From NCBI GenBank assembly GCA_944329365.1, contig CALVIC010000004.1, forward strand, positions 1 to 62,916: a stretch of 62,916 nt of DNA. The letters are read 5' to 3'. Each line of letters starts with the position of its first letter. The first letter of the stretch is position 1. The DNA is from an uncultured Bacilli bacterium (lineage in GTDB: Bacteria; Bacillota_I; Bacilli_A; RF39; UBA660). The notes under the pieces were generated by a model. That model was not told the origin of the DNA. It was given only the letters and a program-made list of their open reading frames with translations, and ran no database searches. Below, in pieces: positions 56,367 through 62,916 of the stretch. The position numbers were made by a program, and so were the translations under genes.

Positions 56367-58391
56367 ATGAATCAAGAGTATTTAGAATATTTTATCAACC
56401 CAGAATCAATTAACATAAAAAATGATCACGATTATGACGAGGCTTTAAGAGGACTTTCCGCGCTGAGAACTTATTATCTTCAGACAAATAACAAGCTTGA
56501 TATTTTGAAGAGAAATGATTCTAAAGATTTTTTAGAAATGAGTAGATTAGAAGGTGAGAAAGCGTTGATTTCTCACTCAATCAGTAAAGTTGGTAGTAAA
56601 TTAGATAGTTATGTTTCAATGCGGGATATAGATGGTTTAACAAATAGGGATATGCTTTTAAGAAAGCTAAAGATTGTTAACGAGCGAATTGATGAGATTA
56701 AAAAGCAAAAAGAAGAAAATGAAAGAAAATATAATACGATAGGTAATTTATCTTTAAATACCGAAGAAAAGCAACTTAATGATTTTATTGTTTTACTTGA
56801 AGAGAGGCTCGGTAAGAGACAGACTCAATCTTCTTCACAAGATGTTCAAGATTTAGTTGCCGAAGGAAGAAAGGCAGTTTTAGAAATTTGGGATTTAATT
56901 AAAAAAGGTTCTCAAAAGGGAAACGAAGATAATTCCGATATTTTGATAGAAGTTAGCTCTGCAAAAGGTAAATTCAATAATTTTTTAAAAAAATTAGGTA
57001 GTGATGCAGATAGTCTTTTAAAGACAGATAAAGAATTTTTAAGAAAGATTGATTATTATCTTCAGTTGTGTGACGAGATGGAATCATATCAGAGTATGCT
57101 AAAGGATGCGGCTCTTGGTAGGAAATTACCGACTCAAGAAAAACCGGATGATTTAAAAAGAAAAATTGAGGATGTTTATAACGAGATAGAAAACAAATAT
57201 AAAGCTTTAGGTGGTAAAGATGATGCGGTTTTAAGTAATACACAAGTAAAAGGTTATGCTGTGTTTGATTTCGATGGCGTCACTTATGTAGTTTCTGACG
57301 AAGTTACGGAATCTATGATTAAACAAGGGTTAGATGGCGTTAATTCAGATAAGGTAATATTACTTAGCGGGATTAAACCTGGAATTAATAATTACAGTGC
57401 TAAAGGGTTAAAAATAAATGCCGATAGTAGTGGTAAAATTACAGTTATGGATAAAGATGGTAAAAATATAGATTCTAAATATTATGATGAGATCAGAAAG
57501 ACTGAGCTTGGAAATTATGCAATATATGAATACAATGGAGCTAGTTATGTATTTGGTAATGATTTAGATAGCGACAAGATAAGAAAAGGAATTCCTGGTC
57601 TTGAGAGTTCTGATAATGTAATGCTTGTTAATTCTTTGAAACCGGGAATGAATCGCTTAAAATTAGATAATAATCATGCCGTTTTAATTAATTTAGATGG
57701 CGATGGTAAGATTAAACTTACCGATGCCGATAATAAAGATTTGGTGGCAAGTTATTTTGAAAATGATAAAAATGCTGTAATTCCAAATTTAGATAATATT
57801 TCGATAAAAGATAATAATAAACCTACTCCTCAAAGGGTAAATGATGAACATAAAGCTTCAAAAGATTTGCTTTCAAAACTTAAGAAAAACTGGAAGAAGA
57901 TAGTTTTAGGGGTTGCTACTTTAGCTGTAGTTGCAACTGCAGGTCTTGGTATTAGCTATGTGGTTCGAAGTTTGAATAGTCCAGCACAAGAAGTAACTCA
58001 ATCAAGAGAAATTGAATCGCAAGAACATAGAATTTCCGATAGTGTTAAAAGTCAGGTTGAGGAGACAAATAATAATGATAATATAGATTATCAATCAGTT
58101 GTCAATGATGTTGCAAATTCTGGTTTAAATGTTTACAGTGATGCTTATAGTGCGACTAGTAGAACAAATGGTCAGACAGCTAATCAATGGTTCCAATATG
58201 ATTCTCCAATAGGAGTTTATAATACAGCGACGCATAGTTATCAAAATTTAACGGCTGATCAATTAGCTAGTTTAGATACTTTGGAAGCTTTAGCTCAGGA
58301 TCCGAATAATGCTGTATTATTTGGTGAGAGTATGCAAAATGCTTCAGGTTTTATGAATGCTCAAGATTTAGTTCAAAGTATACAAAAATAG
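56367..58391 (+). CDS. large hypothetical single-pass membrane protein with a coiled-coil N-terminus and two ~86-aa repeats
   Basis: RBS AAGGAGGGG. The repeats start near 57252 and 57510 (GYAVFDFDGVTYVVSDE... and GNYAIYEYNGASYVFGND...). TM helix IVLGVATLAVVATAGLGISYVV. Confidence 0.65.
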   Translation: MNQEYLEYFINPESINIKNDHDYDEALRGLSALRTYYLQTNNKLDILKRNDSKDFLEMSRLEGEKALISHSISKVGSKLDSYVSMRDIDGLTNRDMLLRKLKIVNERIDEIKKQKEENERKYNTIGNLSLNTEEKQLNDFIVLLEERLGKRQTQSSSQDVQDLVAEGRKAVLEIWDLIKKGSQKGNEDNSDILIEVSSAKGKFNNFLKKLGSDADSLLKTDKEFLRKIDYYLQLCDEMESYQSMLKDAALGRKLPTQEKPDDLKRKIEDVYNEIENKYKALGGKDDAVLSNTQVKGYAVFDFDGVTYVVSDEVTESMIKQGLDGVNSDKVILLSGIKPGINNYSAKGLKINADSSGKITVMDKDGKNIDSKYYDEIRKTELGNYAIYEYNGASYVFGNDLDSDKIRKGIPGLESSDNVMLVNSLKPGMNRLKLDNNHAVLINLDGDGKIKLTDADNKDLVASYFENDKNAVIPNLDNISIKDNNKPTPQRVNDEHKASKDLLSKLKKNWKKIVLGVATLAVVATAGLGISYVVRSLNSPAQEVTQSREIESQEHRISDSVKSQVEETNNNDNIDYQSVVNDVANSGLNVYSDAYSATSRTNGQTANQWFQYDSPIGVYNTATHSYQNLTADQLASLDTLEALAQDPNNAVLFGESMQNASGFMNAQDLVQSIQK

Positions 58392-58407
58392 AAAAGAGGA
58401 TATGCTT

Positions 58408-58683
58408 ATGAAAGATATGGTTATAACACTAGGAACTGATAAATGGTTAGTTGTAGCAGAAACTGTTTATAACGATGAGACTTATGATTATCTTGTTAAA
58501 GTCAATCAAGATGAAGATGAAATTTTAGATGATAAAAAAGTTGTAAAAGTGATTATGGATAATGGTGAAAAATATATGGATGAGGTAACTGATGGGGATA
58601 TTTTAAAAAATGTTGTGCCTTTATTAGTGCCAGAGGCTAAAAAATATATTACTAATCCAGAGCTTTTATCAGAACTTAAATAG
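58408..58683 (+). CDS. small acidic hypothetical protein
   Basis: ORF starts 17 nt after the large protein's stop. I chose the ATG at 58408 with RBS AAGAGGA. Confidence 0.55.
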   Translation: MKDMVITLGTDKWLVVAETVYNDETYDYLVKVNQDEDEILDDKKVVKVIMDNGEKYMDEVTDGDILKNVVPLLVPEAKKYITNPELLSELK

Positions 58684-58725
58684 GCACTTTTAAGTGCTTA
58701 TTTTTATAAAAGGAGATGTTTAAAG

Positions 58726-59400
58726 GTGATAAAGACAAAGAAACAGGGACTTTTGATAGTTTTATCAGGGCCGTCTGGTAGCGGAAAAAATACAGTTTGT
58801 GATATGGCAAAGGAAGTTATGCCTAATATTTGGGAATCTGTTTCAATGACGAGTAGGAAACCTCGGAAAGGTGAGGTTGATGGTAAAGATTATTATTTTG
58901 TCAGTGAGGAAGAATTTGAAAAGAATATCGAAGATGGTAAGATGCTTGAACATGCTAAGTTTGCTGGAAATTATTATGGTACGCCGAGAGAAAGTGTTCA
59001 AAAGCAATTAGATGCTGGGAGAGATGTGTTACTAGTGATTGAGATTCAAGGAGCATTGCAAATTAAGGAGAAAATTCCTCAAGCGTTGTTCGTATTTTTA
59101 CTTCCGCCTAGTATGAAGGAACTTAAGAGAAGACTTAGAATGCGAAAAACGGAGACTGAAGAGAAGTTGATGGAAAGGTTTGAAACGGCTTATAAGGAGA
59201 TAAACGAACTTCCTAAGTACAACTATGTAATTGTTAACGACAAGGCCGATGAGGCGGCACGTAAATTAGAGGCAATTATAAGTGCGGAGAAATGCAGGGT
59301 TGATAGAATTGAAGAGGTATTTTTGGACACTGACGAAGAGAGATTACATGAGGAACTTGTCGATAAGGATTTAATTAATGAACCACTTGATTTGAAGTAA
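58726..59400 (+). CDS. gmk: guanylate kinase
   Basis: LSGPSGSGKNTV, SMTSRKPRKGEVDGKDYYFVS, YYGTPRE. GTG start. About 30-aa acidic C-terminal extension. Confidence 0.9.
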   Translation: MIKTKKQGLLIVLSGPSGSGKNTVCDMAKEVMPNIWESVSMTSRKPRKGEVDGKDYYFVSEEEFEKNIEDGKMLEHAKFAGNYYGTPRESVQKQLDAGRDVLLVIEIQGALQIKEKIPQALFVFLLPPSMKELKRRLRMRKTETEEKLMERFETAYKEINELPKYNYVIVNDKADEAARKLEAIISAEKCRVDRIEEVFLDTDEERLHEELVDKDLINEPLDLK

Positions 59401-59502
59401 TTTGTTTTTTTAGGTAGTTTGTGTTAATATAACACACATAAATTTGGAAAAGCATTTTGTAAGCTTTTACATATGTTAGAAGTAAGAGGGGTATGTTTTA
59501 TG

Positions 59503-60183
59503 ACTTTGGCAAAAGAGAAGGTTTTTGCGGAAGGCTTTGGCTTCAAGAAATTATTTTTAATATTTGTAATTGGTTCGATTTTTGGGGCCTTATATGAACA
59601 GATTTTAAATTTGGTTAAGGTTTATACGGCAACAGGTGATATTGTCTGGGAACTTCGAAGAGGAGTTATATATGGTCCGTTTAGTCCGATTTATGGAGCG
59701 GGTGCGGTTTTAATTGTGTATTTGTTTGCTCGAAAAAATTATTCAAATTTGAAGACTTTTATTTATGGAGCTTTATTTGGGGGAATTTTTGAGTATGCAA
59801 TTAGTTTTTTACAAGAAACATTTACACATACAACATCTTGGGATTATTCTAGTTATTTTTTAAATATAAATGGCCGTACGACAATTCCTTATATGATTGT
59901 ATGGGGATTATTTACTTTAGTTTTTGTTAAAGGTGTTTATCCATTTTTATCGAAGTGGATCGAGAGGATTCCAGTCAATATTGGTAATGTCTGTTTTAAT
60001 ATAATTTTGATATTTTTGATTATCGATATGACTGTCTCATGGACTGCTTTAATTAGAAGTGCGATGAGACGTAGTGGGATAGACCCAATTACTCCGGTTG
60101 GAGAGATATATGACAAAGTATATCCTGATTCAGTTTTGGCAAAAAGTTTTCCTAATATGGATTTTAAGGTAAGTGGTAAGTAA
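59503..60183 (+). CDS. polytopic membrane protein (DUF1113 / 'putative ABC-transporter type IV'-like)
   Basis: FGALYEQILN, GVIYGPFSPIYGAGAV, GGIFEYAISFLQE. Confidence 0.5.
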   Translation, partial: TLAKEKVFAEGFGFKKLFLIFVIGSIFGALYEQILNLVKVYTATGDIVWELRRGVIYGPFSPIYGAGAVLIVYLFARKNYSNLKTFIYGALFGGIFEYAISFLQETFTHTTSWDYSSYFLNINGRTTIPYMIVWGLFTLVFVKGVYPFLSKWIERIPVNIGNVCFNIILIFLIIDMTVSWTALIRSAMRRSGIDPITPVGEIYDKVYPDSVLAKSFPNMDFKVSGK

Positions 60184-61445
60184 TGATAGTAGTTCAAATG
60201 ATTTTGGTTATAATTGCTGCTTGGCTTCTTTTGAGGAAGTGTTTGATTTCTTTAAAAGGGGTGGAGAAAAAACTTGTTAAAAGTGGAAATGAGCCGGCTT
60301 TTGCCGTTTTAATTCCGGCCAAAGATGAATCGGCAGTTATCGAAGGGTTACTTAAAAGTTTGGATAATCAGTCATATAAAATTAATAAAAATGATGTTTA
60401 TGTGATTGTTGAAGACAAGAATGATCCAACTTATGATATAGTTTTAAAGAGAGGAAACAGAGTAGTTGTTAGACGTGATTTTACTTATAAGTGCAAGGGT
60501 GGAGCTTTAGATGAAGCGGTTAAACTTATTATAAGTGAAGGTAAGCATTATGACGCTTATTTTATATTTGATGCGGATAATGTTTTAGATAAAGATTTTT
60601 TCATGGAGATGAAGGAAAGTTATAAAGAAGGTTATGATGTTGGAATAGGTTATCGTAATACTAAAAATGGTAATGATAATATTTATGCGGCGGCAAGTTC
60701 GCTTACATTTTCAATGATTAACAGTTTAGGCAATAGTTTTAAGGCTAAACATAGGTTAACGCTTACAGTTAGTGGTACTGGTTTTTATATAAGAGGCAGT
60801 ATTTTAGAAGGATTGGGTGGATATCCCTTTTATAGTTTAACTGAGGATTATGAGTTTAGTTTGTATGCAGTATTAAACAATCTTTCAACGACTTACAATA
60901 GAGAGGCAAAATATTATGATGAGCAGCCAGTTAGTTATGATATGACGATTCGGCAAAGAACTAGATGGATTAAGGGTTATTTTATGGCAAGAAGGATGTA
61001 TTATAGAGATTTAAAAGAAAAACTTATTAATAAAGATAGTAATTATGCATCTACTTATGTAACACTTGTAGGAGTTAAACCTTATATTTTATTGGTTTTG
61101 GCTTTACTGTGTGAAATTATAAAAAGTATTTTTGATATTTCAATGGCTTCGTTTGCCGATAAACCGATAGGAATGTTTGTTTATCATTTGATGGTTATAT
61201 TATTTTGTGTTTATTTGGTTTTAGTCGTATTTACAGCGGTATTACTCGTTATAGAAAAAGATTCTTTAAGACTAAATAAATGGATGAAGTTTAAAGTTTT
61301 ATTTTATAATCCATTATTTTTAGCAGGATATGTAAAATGTCTTTATTTATCTATTAAAAGTAAGAATTTGATTTGGGAGAGGATTCCACATACAGTTAAT
61401 TCAAGTTTGGATGAAGAACTTATTGAAGAGAGAGTAAAGAAGTGA
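60183..61445 (+). CDS. membrane-embedded processive family-2 glycosyltransferase
   Basis: FAVLIPAKDES, FDADN, TEDYEFS, RQRTRWIKG (QxxRW-type), C-terminal TM helices. Start overlaps the previous stop. Confidence 0.8.
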   Translation: MIVVQMILVIIAAWLLLRKCLISLKGVEKKLVKSGNEPAFAVLIPAKDESAVIEGLLKSLDNQSYKINKNDVYVIVEDKNDPTYDIVLKRGNRVVVRRDFTYKCKGGALDEAVKLIISEGKHYDAYFIFDADNVLDKDFFMEMKESYKEGYDVGIGYRNTKNGNDNIYAAASSLTFSMINSLGNSFKAKHRLTLTVSGTGFYIRGSILEGLGGYPFYSLTEDYEFSLYAVLNNLSTTYNREAKYYDEQPVSYDMTIRQRTRWIKGYFMARRMYYRDLKEKLINKDSNYASTYVTLVGVKPYILLVLALLCEIIKSIFDISMASFADKPIGMFVYHLMVILFCVYLVLVVFTAVLLVIEKDSLRLNKWMKFKVLFYNPLFLAGYVKCLYLSIKSKNLIWERIPHTVNSSLDEELIEERVKK

Positions 61446-61493
61446 TGCTTTTAGGTATTGCTTTTTTTTGTGCTATAATTTAGAGAGAAAGGT

Positions 61494-62357
61494 ATGATGA
61501 ATATGCGAGAGATTTTTAATGAAACTTATGACGAAGAACGTGCTTTATATAATTTAAAGGATGCGCTGGTTAAGGACTGCCATTTTGCGGGACCGGCTGA
61601 TGGGGAGTCAGTTTTAAAGGAAGCTAGAAATATAGATGTTCAAAATTGTACTTTTTCACTTAGATATCCAATGTGGCACGATGTAAATTATAAGTTAAGC
61701 GATTCTAATTTGGACGAACTTACACGGGCTCCTCTTTGGTATACGAAGGAAGGAATTATCGATAATGTGATTATTTCTTCTGTTAAGGCTTTAAGAGAAA
61801 GCGAGAATATCGAGGTTCGAAATTCGAAAATCGACTCGAGAGAGTTTGGCTGGAAGTGTCAGGGGATAAAGGTTTTGGATAGTAAAATTAATTCGGAATA
61901 TATATTTTTAAATAGTAAAGATATAAAAATTTTAAATTTAAATTTTACAGGTAAGTATTCTTTCCAATATACGGAGAACGTAGTTATCGAAAATTCTAAT
62001 TTGGATACAAAAGATGCTTTTTGGCATAGTAAAAATGCTTTGGTTAAAAATTCTGTAATAAAAGGTGAGTATTTGGGATGGTTTTCAGATGGGCTTACAC
62101 TTATTAATTGTAAGATAATTGGAACTCAACCACTTTGCTATTGTAGAAATTTAAAACTTGTTGATTGTGAGATGGTCGATGCCGATTTGTCATTTGAGTA
62201 TTCTGATGTTGTCGCGACGATTAAAGGTTCAGTTGATTCGATTAAAAATCCAAGGTCTGGTAAGATAACGGTAGAAAAGGTTTCTGAAATAATTAAAGAA
62301 GATTCGATTATGGAGGATAACTGTGTTATTGAGGTTTTGGATAAACGAAAAAGATAG
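61494..62357 (+). CDS. DUF3737-like / beta-helix repeat protein
   Basis: Repetitive (I/V)xNSx(I/L)-type units (VRNSKIDS, VIENSNLDT, VKNSVIKG). Family assignment is from memory only. Confidence 0.5.
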   Translation: MMNMREIFNETYDEERALYNLKDALVKDCHFAGPADGESVLKEARNIDVQNCTFSLRYPMWHDVNYKLSDSNLDELTRAPLWYTKEGIIDNVIISSVKALRESENIEVRNSKIDSREFGWKCQGIKVLDSKINSEYIFLNSKDIKILNLNFTGKYSFQYTENVVIENSNLDTKDAFWHSKNALVKNSVIKGEYLGWFSDGLTLINCKIIGTQPLCYCRNLKLVDCEMVDADLSFEYSDVVATIKGSVDSIKNPRSGKITVEKVSEIIKEDSIMEDNCVIEVLDKRKR

Positions 62358-62453
62358 TTATGGTTTTTGATTTTGGTAATGGTAATGACATGTATATATT
62401 TTAGGTATAGTTTATTAGATAGAAATATATAAACAGAAGGGAATGGTTATAAG

Positions 62454-62786
62454 ATGAACATTAATATAGATGGAAAAAAATATAGTGTTAGTTTGGAAGA
62501 TAATAGGGCAGTTAAGGAATTAATATCAAGGCTTCCGTTAGAGTTAGAAATGAATGAGTTAAATGGGAATGAAAAATATTATTATTTGGATGAGAGTTTG
62601 CCAACTTCTTCAGAGAGAGTAGGCCGAATTCAAAAGGGTGACATTATGCTTTATGGCGATGATTGTTTAGTTATTTTTTATGAATCTTTTAATACGCCTT
62701 ATTCTTATACGAGAATTGGAAGGATTGATAATATAGAAGATTTAAATTTAGGTAGTGGTAAGGTTAGCATTTTGTTTAGTGAGTAA
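62454..62786 (+). CDS. cyclophilin-like-fold small protein
   Basis: NGNEKYYYLDESLP...GDIMLYGDDCLVIFYESF...YTRIGRI pattern. Family assignment is from memory only. Confidence 0.5.
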   Translation: MNINIDGKKYSVSLEDNRAVKELISRLPLELEMNELNGNEKYYYLDESLPTSSERVGRIQKGDIMLYGDDCLVIFYESFNTPYSYTRIGRIDNIEDLNLGSGKVSILFSE

Positions 62787-62810
62787 AAGCGTCAAAAATG
62801 ATGCTTTTTT
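62786..62810 (+). terminator. rho-independent terminator
   Basis: Stem AAAGCGTC / GATGCTTT (one G-T pair) with a 6-nt loop, then TTTTT. Confidence 0.6.
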
Positions 62811-62916
62811 AATGTGATAATTACATTTTTTACCATTTTATTTTTTAATTAAAATGTCAAGTGCAACTTTTGAAAATCTGTAGATATGGTTGCCCGAGCG
62901 GTTAATGCTAATGTTT

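Noticed and set aside
62882-62916. The segment TGGTTGCCCGAGCGGTTAATGC at the window edge resembles the D-arm of a type II (Ser/Leu) tRNA.
   Set aside because: It is truncated by the window end. I could not build a consistent acceptor and D-stem pairing from the ~35 nt available, so no call is made.

Overview
This is a 62.9-kb, AT-rich segment (about 30% GC by eye) of a low-GC Firmicute chromosome. It uses the standard genetic code, with TGA as a stop codon. About 60 CDS and 8 of the 10 tRNAs lie on the + strand. An intact pro-sigma-K gene suggests an endospore former, but the taxon cannot be fixed from this window. All protein calls come from motifs I recognise by eye; no searches were run. 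RNA coordinates are accurate to within a few nt.

Most of the content is housekeeping:
- tRNA-Ile, tRNA-Glu, a T-box leader, four tandem tRNA-Asn genes, then gatCAB and aspS (the tRNA-dependent Asn pathway)
- a T-box leader and glyQS
- sepF and divIVA
- a T-box leader, then an alpha/beta hydrolase, a murF-like gene, ddl and ileS
- sigK, uvrC, gmk, helD, and several ABC transporters (a MacB-like fusion, an ABC-F, and a MarR-linked heterodimeric exporter)
- a GH25 muramidase, an arylsulfotransferase-like protein, and single tRNA-Lys, tRNA-Ser and tRNA-Arg genes

I saw no transposase, integrase, CRISPR array, prophage or known defence system.

The candidates for something undescribed are:
1. A tightly coupled four-gene operon at 14.7-18.4 kb: a GT-A glycosyltransferase, an archaeal-type SAM-synthetase homologue, an HPr-kinase-like P-loop protein and a Nudix hydrolase.
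2. An Asn-specific T-box whose downstream transcription unit starts with four copies of its own tRNA ligand.
3. A Gly T-box whose Stem I is reduced to a K-turn plus a 7-nt terminal specifier loop, preceded by an orphan small RNA with its own promoter and terminator.
4. A CYTH/Nudix pair next to a HelD/CYTH-like pair.
5. A cytosolic vWA protein and a J-domain protein, followed by a zinc-ribbon membrane protein.

All functional links among these genes are inference and need homology, synteny or experimental checks.
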